Source of the DNA: Hydrolagus colliei
Taxonomy: Eukaryota
Reading direction: 5' to 3'
Assembly: GCA_035084275.1 (NCBI GenBank)
Contig: CM068767.1
Location: 9,610,001 to 9,674,000, forward strand
DNA length: 64,000 nucleotides
This document shows positions 52,265-61,560 of the stretch, in pieces (position 1 is the first letter of the stretch; every line of letters starts with the position of its first letter). Made by a program: the position numbers and the translations under genes. The notes beneath the pieces were generated by a model, which was not told where the DNA came from, ran no database searches, and worked only from the letters and a program-made list of their open reading frames with translations.

Positions 52265-52400
52265 TCAAGGCCAATGGGTGATGATGAGGTTGAGAGCGTG
52301 GCCACAGTTGTCGGTTGGAGAGTCAATGTGGAGGGTGAGGATTAGGGAGGAGGTGGTGCAGGGAGAGTTCAGGTGAAGGTTGAAGTCGCCCACGAACACA
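52265..52400 (-). mobile_element. L2-type AP endonuclease fragment
   Basis: VFVGDFNLHLN...LHIDSPT..GHALNLII. Confidence 0.65.
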
Positions 52401-52448
52401 CAGTGAACACGGGGATTGAGGTTATGGTTTGTGTTGGGTTTGGTTTCA

Positions 52449-52665
52449 CAGGGGAGAGAGGCCCGCCCATTACTCCCTGGTAACCAGTGATTGACAGGAG
52501 AGAGACCCGCCCACTGTCTCCCTGGTAACCAGTGATTGACAGGAGAGAGACCCGCCCACTACTCCCTGGTAACCAGTGATTGACAGGAGAGAGACCCGCC
52601 CACTGTCTCCCTGGTAACCAGTGATTGACATGAGAGAGAGACTCGCCCACTTTCTCCCTGGCAAC
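52449..52665. repeat. ~45-bp tandem repeat (4 full and 2 partial units)
   Basis: Unit CTCCCTGGTAACCAGTGATTGACAGGAGAGAGACCCGCCCACTGT starts at 52473, 52518, 52562 and 52607; a further copy lies at 56153-56197. Confidence 0.95.
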
Positions 52666-52845
52666 ACATATCTTGTGTTTCCCGGTAACTTCCCGCGCTG
52701 CAGTTCATGCATGTTGTGTTGTATCTCCAGTTTGATGTAATTAAGAGAATGTCTTATTATGAGGATTAGGGTTTAGGATTAGGGGCGGGTGTTAAGGTTA
52801 AGGTGATGGTCAGAGGTCAGGAAACTGAGGCTGAGCAGCGAGAAC

Positions 52846-52888
52846 GCGGCCTGCACGTCGCCATAGCGACGTGCAGGCCGCCATCTTG
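52846..52888. promoter_or_regulatory. Perfect 16-bp-arm GC-rich palindrome with X-box-like centre and overlapping YY1 motif
   Basis: GCGGCCTGCACGTCGC-CATA-GCGACGTGCAGGCCGC followed by CATCTTG (GCCGCCATCTTG). Confidence 0.5.
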
Positions 52889-52945
52889 GTAAAGGAACTC
52901 CAGGTTACATCAGGGATCAACGCATGTGCATTGCTGACACTCTCA

Positions 52946-53090
52946 CAGCGCCCGCCGCCTGGTGTAGCGGGCACACATTACACCCTACCACACACAGCGC
53001 CGCCTGGTGTAGCGGGCACACATTACACCCTGCCACACACAGCGCCGCCTGGTGTAGTGGGCACACATTACACCCTGCCACACGCAGCGC
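52946..53090. repeat. 45-bp tandem repeat x3
   Basis: CAGCGCCGCCTGGTGTAGCGGGCACACATTACACCCTGCCACACA at ~52946, 52995 and 53040. Confidence 0.9.
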
Positions 53091-53748
53091 CTGCCAGATA
53101 TTCGGGCGGCCCGCGGCCGAAAACCCACCACAAAAAAATTAAAGCTCCTTTAACACACACCACACAGACCAGACTAAGTAATAACAGATAATAACATAAT
53201 ATTACATTGGCACCCACCGTCAAAATGACTCTCCTGCGCTTCTCATCCCCACTGATTGAGGTTTAGAGTCCAGCAAATGGAGGGCGCCAGGCGGGTGAAA
53301 AAAGGCAGCGCGATTTCAAAGTTGCGCGACTTTACTAGCGGCAAGCCGATAGCCCTAGACTACTAGCGGCAAACCAAAATACTGCACCTGCGCGACAATG
53401 TGGGTTATCAGCTTGCCGCTAGTATGACTTTAAAGTCGCGCTCCATTTTTTTTTAAACCCGCCTGGCATGTCCCATCCCAAAAATAATCGCTGGATTTCA
53501 AACCTCAACCACAGCATCATGGCTTCAAGTGCAGCATCTCCCAGCAAAGGTGAGAAACACAAGAGAGCAGCTCCAACAGCAAGCACCAATACAACATTCT
53601 GTCATTATGTTATTATTTATGCATTTACAAATGCTCGACCACTATTATTCTGGATAAATTCCGGTTTATCGAATGTGGACTTTTTTTTTGCGTGCCGGTT
53701 ATACAGAAGTGCCGATTCATCGAGTTACAGATAAACGGGCTTCTACTG
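53085..53748. mobile_element. Second copy of the Tigger-like element (left TIR missing)
   Basis: Colinear with 20520-21190; right TIR GATAAACGGGCTTCTACTG followed by TA. Confidence 0.8.
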
Positions 53749-53756
53749 TATAGATT

Positions 53757-53876
53757 TTGTGTGAGTGTACACTGAATATATACTGTATGTGTGAGTGTAC
53801 ACTGAGTATATACTGTGTGTGAGTGTAGTTCTGAGTATATACTGTGTGTGAGTGTACACTGAGTATATACTGTATG
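53757..53876. repeat. ~30-bp minisatellite (GTGAGTGTACACTGAGTATATACTGTATGT), resuming at 54306-54333
   Basis: About four adjacent units plus one further unit after the L2 insertion. Confidence 0.85.
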
Positions 53877-53877
53877 T

Positions 53878-54305
53878 AAGATCCTCGTCCTCACCTTCAA
53901 GGCCTTACATGGCCTTGCCCCGCCCTATTTAACCAATCTACTCTCCCCCTACAAGCCCACCTGGACCCTCCGTTCAGCAGGACTTGGCCTGCTCCAAGCC
54001 CCCCGCCCGAACCGCCCCACCATCGGAGGCCGGGCCTTCAGTTTTTCCGCTCCCACCCTGTGGAATTCCATCCCTCAATCCCTCCGTCTCGTTTCTTCCC
54101 TTTCCTCTTTCAAGGCCGGTTTGAAGACTTTCCTCTTCGACCGTGCCTTTTGTTCCACCCAGAATTGTTCGACCTCCCCTACGTGTTTCACCCCTTCCCG
54201 AACACTCCCCTCCCAGCTCGGGTCACACGCATCTTGTGCAGCGCCTTGGGACGTCCTCCCGACGTGAACGGCGCTTAATAAATGTAATTTGTTGTTGTTG
54301 TTGTT
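53878..54305 (+). mobile_element. L2 LINE 3' end
   Basis: KILVLTFKALHGLAPPYL...GGRAFSFSAPTLWNSIP; tail CAGCGCCTTGGGACGTCC...ATAAATGTAAT(TTG)n. Confidence 0.9.
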
Positions 54306-54908
54306 GTGTGAGTGTAGTTCTGAGTATATACAGTAAAAGCTTTGTTGTCGGTCACTGTTCGAGGCTGGGTCAGTGTAGCTGTCACGAGTCAGTTCCTGTA
54401 CAGGCTGGGTGGGTGTAGTTAGTTAGACGCAGGCAGATGGGATCACGGTTGGGGTTGCTGACTTGGTTGAGTCAGTTCAAGTCTCTGCACTAGTGTTTCG
54501 GGTGGACTGTAAATCACAATGGTGCCATGGTGTTTCTCTTCTCTGTGCTGGTGGTGAAGGGATAGTCCCAGACCCCTCTCGATCCTAGTGTTGCTACTTT
54601 GACATGATGTTTGTGTGTGTGTGAGATGGTATAATTTGTTGTATTTACGAGCAGTTTTTGTTTCCTTCCTTCTAGCTTCAGCTGCTTGGGAATCATGGAA
54701 TAGGTTGGTTGAGTGTAATAGCGGAAACCTAACGGTGACAACTAAAGCTATTACAGCCTTTCTCTCTTTGGCACCTTTCTACACCCCAGAGGTTTGGCAA
54801 CACTATGTGGACTCCATGCTGGATGTCTGACACCTTAACACATATGAGCCTCAACTCTGGTTAACTTGCAGGTCAGGGAAAAGTTACTAACTCTCTCACA
54901 GATGAAGA

Positions 54909-55054
54909 GGGGTTAGGGTTAGGGTTAGGATCCTTAGGGTTAGGGTGTTAGGGTTAGGGGGTTAGGGTTAGGGTCATCCTTAGAGTTAGGGTTAGGGTCA
55001 TCCTTAGGGTTAGGGTTAGGGTTAGGGTTAGCCATCCTTAGGGTTAGGGTTAGG
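54909..55054 (+). repeat. Interstitial telomeric repeat (TTAGGG)n with recurrent ATCC interruptions
   Basis: Runs of GGGTTA broken by GGATCC, GTCATCC and GCCATCC. Confidence 0.95.
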
Positions 55055-56152
55055 TTTTATAAATTTCGGGGATCATTGGTACACATATGCTTGTGTTTTC
55101 TTGCCCGTGCCCTGTGTTGGGGTTTATCAAATTTCGTTAGGGCTGATGAATGTGTTTGTATTTTTTTTGTTTTTTTAAAAAAAATCAATATTTTTTTGTG
55201 TGAGGGAGAATTTTTTTTTGGGGGGTGGGTTAGGTGTAGTTAGGGTTATTGTTAGGGTTAGGGTAAGTTTTAGGGTTAGCAGTTAGTGGTTAGGGATAGC
55301 GGTTAGGGTTAGCGGTTAGGTTTTATAAGTTTTGGGGCATGAATGAGTTAAAATTAGGGTTCGACGTTAAGTGTTTGAATGGGGGTTCTGGAAAATTTAT
55401 TTTGTGGGGGGGTTTATTCGTGGAAGTGTTATGGTTAGTTAGGGGTTTGGTTTGGGGGTTAGGGGTTACGGGAGGGGGCTGACTTTAGTGGATGGGGTTG
55501 CGTTCGGGTTCTAGTTTTGCGGCTGTCCTATTTAATTATTTTGTTGTTTGGTTGTTTTAATATGAGTTCAATCCATTAGGTGTTATTGTGTTTAATCTTG
55601 TAATCCATTCCCTCTCTCTCTCTTTCCTTTTTGGTGTTGACCAATGTCTATTATGTTCAATGCCTATTAATTGCATCGATTGTTCCCCATGTTCTATAAA
55701 GTTTTGTTTATAAGTTTGTCCCTATTTTTGTTCTTAATGGCACTCCGGTGGGCTGTGAACCTAGTCCTCAGAGTGTTCCCCGTTTCCCCGATGTATAAGA
55801 GTTGGCATTTTCTACATCTTCTACATTTTCTACATCTAATTGCGTATATTATCCTGATCACATTGTGTTTTATGGTTAATCCTTACTGATGTGCCCGTTC
55901 TGTTTTCTATCTTTTTAGGGGTTACTAGGTAGTTACAAAGACCACATTTTGTGTTTCCACAGTCTGTGGTGTTTGCTTTTCTAAGTTTACTACTGACTAG
56001 CCAGTCTTTGATATTCCTATGTTTTCTGTATGCTGAAACGATTTTGTACTCTCCCAATGTGGTGACGTGCCGTTTCAGTCCCTCAGAGAGAGCGTGTTTG
56101 CTTCAGAGTGAGCGATCTTGGTACTCTTACCATCTTTGGTTACTACTTTGGG
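55046..56152 (-). mobile_element. Penelope-like element (Neptune-type), 5'-truncated copy A with frameshifted GIY-YIG endonuclease and 3' UTR
   Basis: AYRKHRNIKDWLV, Cys linker CGNTKCGLC, IYAIRCRKC...YIGETGNTLRTRFTAH...REREWITRLNTITPNGLNSY* (stop 55557-55559); the 3' UTR is repeated in copy B. Confidence 0.9.
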
Positions 56153-56378
56153 CACTGTCTCCATGGTAACCAGTGATTGACAGGAGAGAGACTCGTCCGA
56201 GGGTCGAGGTCTGACGATCTGTAATACCGGCTCTCTGCGGTTTAAGGCGCTTTCTGTGCTGGAATGAAAAAAATTAATTAGTCACTCCTCCGCTGTTTCG
56301 CCAAAGCCCGTAGACCAGCTCTCCGCGGTTTGGGGCGCTTTCCAAACTGGAAAGAAAGAAAATTATTAATTGATAACT

Positions 56379-56419
56379 CCTCCGACGTTTCGCCAATGCC
56401 TGTGGCTTTTTCAAGGAGG
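56379..56419 (-). ncRNA. Minimal type I hammerhead ribozyme, U3:A8 variant
   Basis: CCTCC-TTGAAAA-A-GCCA(caggcat)TGGC-GAAAC-GTC-GGAGG: stems I and II, palindromic ACGT stem III and a GUC cleavage triplet. Confidence 0.75.
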
Positions 56420-57330
56420 TTTTTCAAAAATGATTTTCTGTGGAGGGAAAGACAGTTTCAGGTTATATATGTGGGCAGCAGAGTGAGAGAAAGAGGTTTC
56501 ACACAGGGTGTGTTTAGTTGTTAATGGCTACTCTCCATGTATTCTTTTGTTGGCTGTCCTTTTTAAATTTGAATGTTTAAAACAACTAGGTTAGTTTGTT
56601 TGAGGTAATGTCCTGCTCGTTTAAAGTAATGTTACTCAAATGTCTAAAGTTTAAGTCATTTAGCCCGTCCAAGGCATTTGCTATGACATTTGCTATGAAT
56701 TGTCTGCTTGGGAATTTATTCAATTAGTTCAATTAAATTATACTCTCTCTAGCTCCCCCTGCTGGTATTAGAGTGTTTATTTCTGGTTTTAGTTTTATGT
56801 TTTTTTAACGTTTGGTCTATTTAAATTCTTTTTGACAAAATTGGATTAGTTATGTTAGTTTAAATAATTGGTTTTTTTTAAAAAAATTCTAAGCTGCATT
56901 TTTTTGGGGGTGGTTTGTTTTGGGGAAAGTTAGGGGTTTGTTGTTGCCTTTGTCTTCCCCGTGCTGGGTATGTCGGCCTGGGTTCACATTCACCCTAGCC
57001 CGCTCTCAATTTGTGATCCCACTGTTGTTGTCTGGCAGCACGAATGTTTCTCTCAAACTGGGCCAGCTTTTTTTAAAAAAGATTCACAGTAACAGCCACG
57101 TGCTTGGCTTTTTTTCTGTGTTTACCGGTTTTGGTTTTTTCATCGAGAAACTTTCGTGGCACTTGCAGGGGTTAGGTTTTATAAATTTCGGGCATCATTG
57201 GTACACATAGGCTTGTGTTTTCTCTCCTGTCCCCTGTGCTGGGGTTTTATCAAATTTCGTTAGGGCTCATGAATGCGTTTATTTTTTTCTGTTTTTAAAA
57301 AGAAATATATATTTTTTTGTGTGAGGGAGA

Positions 57331-58071
57331 ACAAACAAACAACAAACAAAACTTACATTTATATAGCGCCTTTCACGTCGAGAGGACATCCCAAGGCGCT
57401 GTACAGTCAGGTAGGACAAGAGCAGGGTGGGAAGGCTCAGGGCAGGATAAAGAATAGTAAGAAAAGTAACTGTATTAGTGGACGAAACGCGGCAGCCAAA
57501 TTGCGCACAGCAGTGTCCCACAATCAGTCACGGAAGTGGGACTAGGGGCAAAAGGGGGTAAAGAAGCAAAAGGGGAGGGGTCGAGGCAGGGGGAAGAAAG
57601 GCAGGAAAGTCGACTGTATATTTGTGGGCGAAACGCGGCAGCCAAATTGCGCACAGCAGTGTCCCCACAAACAATCGCGAAAATGGGGCCAGGGGAGAAA
57701 GGGGGAAAAGAGGGTAAGGGGGGAGAGGGAGGGAAAGGTGGGATGGGATAGGGTTAGGGAGGAAGAGGGGGGAGAAAGGGGGGTAAGGAAGAGAGGGAGG
57801 GAAAGATGGGTGGGGGCAAGATCAGGAAGAGGGAAAAGGGAGGGAAGGGGAAAAGGGAGGAGAGAAAGTGGGGAAAGGGAGTGAGGGAAGAAGAAGATGG
57901 GGGCAGGGGTGGGGGGAATCAAACGACAATAATAAACAACAAAAGCAACAATATTAACAACAAAAACAGCAACAAACAATAACCAACAATCGTCCAACAA
58001 TCGTCCAGCAACCACTCCCTGTCCTCGCCGCCCGCCCGGACGATCCCTGAGATGCCGGGAAAAAAAACCCA
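57331..58071 (-). mobile_element. Composite non-autonomous retroposon inserted in the PLE 3' UTR
   Basis: Interrupts sequence that is contiguous in copy A (GAGGGAGAA|TTTTTTT). Contains two Deu-core fragments, pyrimidine-rich spacers and an L2-type tail ending in (TTTG)n. Confidence 0.6.
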
Positions 58072-58332
58072 TTTTTTTGGGAGGGTTAGGGTTTAGGGGT
58101 TAGGGGGTTAGGGTTTAGGGGTTAGTTTATATACTTAAAATTAGGGTTCGACGTTAAGTGTTTGAATAGGGGTCCTGGAAAATTTATTTTGGGGGGGGGT
58201 TTATTCATGGAAGTGTTATGGTTAGTTAGGGGTTCGGTTTGGGGGTTAGGGGTTATGGGAGGGGGCTGACTTTAGTGGATGGGGTTGCGTTCGGGTTCTA
58301 GTTTTGCGGCTGTCCTATTTAATTATTTTGTT

Positions 58333-58535
58333 TTCCTCTTTCAAGGCCGATTTGAAGACTTTCCTCTTCGATCGTGCCTTTTGTTCCCCCCCGAACTCTT
58401 TTACCTCCCCTTCGTGTTTCACCCCTTCCCAAACACTCCCCTCCCAGCTCGGGTCACACGCCTCTTGTTTAGCGCCTTGGGATGTCCTCCCGACGTGAAA
58501 GGTGCTATATAAATGTAAATTGTTGTTGTTATTGT
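58333..58535 (+). mobile_element. 5'-truncated L2 3' end inserted in PLE copy B
   Basis: Near-identical to ~54101-54305; absent from copy A at TTATTTTGTTG. Confidence 0.85.
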
Positions 58536-58547
58536 TGTTTGGTTGTT

Positions 58548-58850
58548 TCAATATGAGTTCAATCCATTAGGTGTTATCGTGTTTAATCTTGTAATCCATT
58601 CCCTCTCTCTCTCTTTCCTTTTTGGTGTTGACCAATGTAAATGGTCACATAATTTAACTCGTCTAAAGAAATCCTGTATGTCTTGTCCTATTTTAATTGG
58701 GCAGGGGTTTTCTGTGGGGACAAAGGTCAAACCCTTATTGAGTATACTAATCTGTGCCTCTGTGGGCTTAAATGACTGGGAGACGTTTACGATATTCGTC
58801 CCCAGGCCTAGGTTCCCCCATGCTGGGGCTCCTGTTTCATTTAGTTTAAA
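58548..58850 (-). pseudogene. PLE ORF2 remnant: N-terminus fused in frame to the endonuclease C-terminus
   Basis: ...KGLTFVPT...DFFRRVKLCDHL|HWSTPKRKEREREWITRLNTITPNGLNSY*; junction at ~58638. Confidence 0.85.
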
Positions 58851-59713
58851 TAATTTGAGCAGTGTTTTAGTAATACTTGGGCTGTTTTTGCTGTCCACTG
58901 GATTTTGTTCGAATTTTGTTCCACCCTGAACTGGGTGGCTGGGATTGTGGGGATTCCATTTTGGTTTTTTTTGGTGAACCGATTAATTTCCTCTAGCGTG
59001 TCCCTTTCTTTTTTACTTAACTGGGGGCTATAGTTACTTTCTACTGTCAGGATTTCCGCGTTGGGGAAAGCCTGCTTGGCCCTTTTTAACATGGCCTGCA
59101 ACTGTTTAGTTGCCGTTTTGGGTTGCTGCTTCCGGTTATGGATACCGAGAGAGAAGATGACCTTCCCGGTCCCTTCGCAAGGTGTGATTTTACTTAATAA
59201 TCTGTCCACATGGTTGAAGTTTGCCTCTGGAAAGGCCTCCACCTGTGTGTGCGCGTTCGGGCAACCTGCTATTTTTGCGAGGTTTTCGTCCCCAATTATT
59301 ATGACTGGTTTTGTTGGGGTTATTGTCCAGTCTGTAATTTTACGGTCTGTCCTTTTGTGGACAGTTACTATCCCTAGGTTTTTATCATTTCCCTGTTGGG
59401 CCCGATGGGGAGCCTGTCCTATATCTGTTCCTGACCCTGTTTCTTTCTCTCCCTGTAGGGAAGGGGCTATTGCTGCCTGGTTTAACCTGGGGACAGCGAC
59501 GGTAACGGGTCTTGTGGGTGGGCGTGGGAGACGTAATTTTGGTTGGCGTTGTTCTAGGGGAGGGGGGTGGATCTGTAACAGGGAGGGTGTGGTGGGGTTA
59601 ATCTGTATTGTTTTTGGGGGTCTAGCTACCCACCAAGAGCCAGCCATCACCGTCGGTGACTGTGGTCGCTCTTGGGATGCCAGGAGAATATCCAGTTCCA
59701 AGTGTACAGACAC
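58841..59713 (-). CDS. PLE-associated ORF1 with Pro/Thr-rich linker and SGNH-hydrolase-like domain (5'-truncated, frame open to ~59840)
   Basis: VIIIGDEN (block I), VEAFPEA (II), VIFSLGIHN (III), KIQWT (V); the listed start is GTG rather than ATG. Confidence 0.7.
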   Translation of the reverse strand: MSVHLELDILLASQERPQSPTVMAGSWWVARPPKTIQINPTTPSLLQIHPPPLEQRQPKLRLPRPPTRPVTVAVPRLNQAAIAPSLQGEKETGSGTDIGQAPHRAQQGNDKNLGIVTVHKRTDRKITDWTITPTKPVIIIGDENLAKIAGCPNAHTQVEAFPEANFNHVDRLLSKITPCEGTGKVIFSLGIHNRKQQPKTATKQLQAMLKRAKQAFPNAEILTVESNYSPQLSKKERDTLEEINRFTKKNQNGIPTIPATQFRVEQNSNKIQWTAKTAQVLLKHCSNYLN

Positions 59714-60269
59714 ATTGGAGCGAACTCTGGATGTGGCTGGCTGGGACGGGAGGGGTGGGGTGGGTGCGTTTAATGTTGTTATTTTCGTTGCTATTGAAAT
59801 TAACCTAACAGACCTGTTCTCCCTAAATAAGGATCTAATCTAAATCTAAAGATCTGAATGTCAGGCAAGTTTCCTTACTCCACTTGCCTCTGTTTACCTA
59901 GCAGTAAGTAGGAACTCAGTTTTAGTCGATTGGTGGATTGCATTTCTTGGAGTAATGATTCCATCAAAATATTTTTAAAAATTGACCAGGACTGTTTGTG
60001 GGACACCGCTTTGCACAATTGGCTGCCATGTTTTGCCCATAAAATATACAATCAATTAACTACAGAATATTTAGTGAATATTTGAGACGCCTCAAAGACG
60101 TGATAAGCTGCTATATCAAATAATAATAATCCTTGATTTGATTAGTGTTGTTCACATCTTCTAGATATATATTACATATGTAGGCGTATTATTACAAGTT
60201 CACGATTGTGTTGACTTTCAATCATTGCTTCTCTTTCTCTAAGAGTCAGATAAAGAGAATGAAGTTTCA

Positions 60270-61140
60270 GTCAACAACAACAACTTGGATTTCTATAGCG
60301 CCCTCCATACCAGATGGTGTCTCAGAGCGCTTCACAATAACAGATCCCAGGGCCGCGCCAGGGGGATAAAGGTGACCAAAAGTGCGGTTGAAAAGAAAAG
60401 TATTTACGTGAGATCTGAAAATAGGAAACGGGGCGCGAGGTGAAAGGAACTTGCAGAGCCTTCGGTCATAGTGGCCGAAGGCACGGTGGAATGGAGGATT
60501 TGGGGGACAAGGAGGAGGCCAGACCCGATAGAGCGAAGGCAACGGGTGCTGTTGTGAGGAGAAAGCAGGTCAGAGATGAAGGGGGTGGGGGTACAGAGGA
60601 GTGGAGGGATTTGAAAATAAGATTGAGGATCTTGAAATCGATCTGCTCTGAGACAGTGAGCCAGTAAAGTCTGGCAAGGACTGGGGTAATAGGGGAGCGA
60701 AGTTTGGTTCAGGTGAGAATGCGGGCGGTGGAATTTTGAATAACTTGGATTTTATGAATGGTGGAGGAGGAGAGACCGGTGAGGAGGACATTGGAATAAT
60801 CTAACCGAGAGGTGACAAAAGCAGCTTTTGGGGTGAGGTATTGGTGGAGACGAGCGATGTGTTGGCAATGGAAGAAAGTGGTGCTGGGGAGGAAGGATAA
60901 TTCGAACCAGGCGAGTGCGATCCCACTGAGGTAGATGACAGAGGACAGGCACTGTATCGAAGGTGGCAGAGAGGTCTAGGAGGATAAGGAGGCAGAGGGA
61001 GCTCTGGTCACAGATAGAGAGGATATTGTTTGCGACTTTCACAAGCACAGTCTCTGTAGTGTGGCAGGACGGAAACCGGACTGGATGGTTTTGAAAAGGG
61101 AGTGGAATAAGAGGTGTGTGGGGAGTTGGTTGGCAACAAT
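60270..61140 (-). mobile_element. L2 LINE fragments (RT and 3' end)
   Basis: QSGFRP..HTTETVLVKVANNIL...LILLDLSATFDTV; IDFKIL; L2 tail with (TTG)n. Confidence 0.8.
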
Positions 61141-61340
61141 GCATTCTAAAACTGTAGCATTGAAGGGCAAGTTTAAGTTACTGTATTCATACGTAAATGA
61201 AAAAATCTTGGAAGTCCAAAGACGAGCAGAATTTATAAATACTTTTTTTTCTAACTGATGTGAAATACAGTACGTTCTTCCAGCTATCTGGCAGTAAATG
61301 CGTAAACAGTAACCTTGGTGGTAATCTTCATGTTTTTCAG

Positions 61341-61449
61341 GCATGCGTTTTTCAGGAATTTGTAATTGAAGAAGACTCTGTGATGTTTCTAATAAATGTG
61401 ACTGTTCTTCTCGACTGTCTGACCCTATTTAGTGCAAGTGCCTTGCCAG
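61341..61449 (+). CDS. RAD1: RAD1 (9-1-1 checkpoint clamp) internal exon
   Basis: tttttcag|ACVFQEFVIEEDSVMFLINVTVLLDCLTLFSASALP-G|gtaatt. Confidence 0.9.
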
Positions 61450-61560
61450 GTAATTGGTTACAGGTAGTGCACAAATTTATCAAGCTGTGTAAATCAGCTG
61501 CTGTTCATTGTGTTTGTTTGATTCACATTAGCTGACAGATTTTGTTTTCCTTCTCTGTAG

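Larger units (their letters stand above)
56153..59840 (-). mobile_element. Penelope-like element copy B: SGNH-like ORF1, RT-deleted ORF2, long 3' region with hammerhead
   Basis: 58130-58640 and 57170-57330 are colinear with copy A; PLE N-terminal motif IVNVS..PTEAQISILNKGLTFVPT; nested insertions at 57331-58071 and 58333-58535. Confidence 0.85.

Noticed and set aside
52449-53090. Regularly spaced 45-bp repeats as a CRISPR array
   Set aside because: Head-to-tail units without unique spacers, eukaryotic context and no cas genes.
55125-55155. CTGATGA near TTTCG as a hammerhead
   Set aside because: Core elements lie on opposite strands, and copy B has CTCATGA; no valid fold.
59061-59843. 260-aa plus-strand ORF
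   Set aside because: Antisense to the SGNH-like ORF1, TTG start, no motifs.
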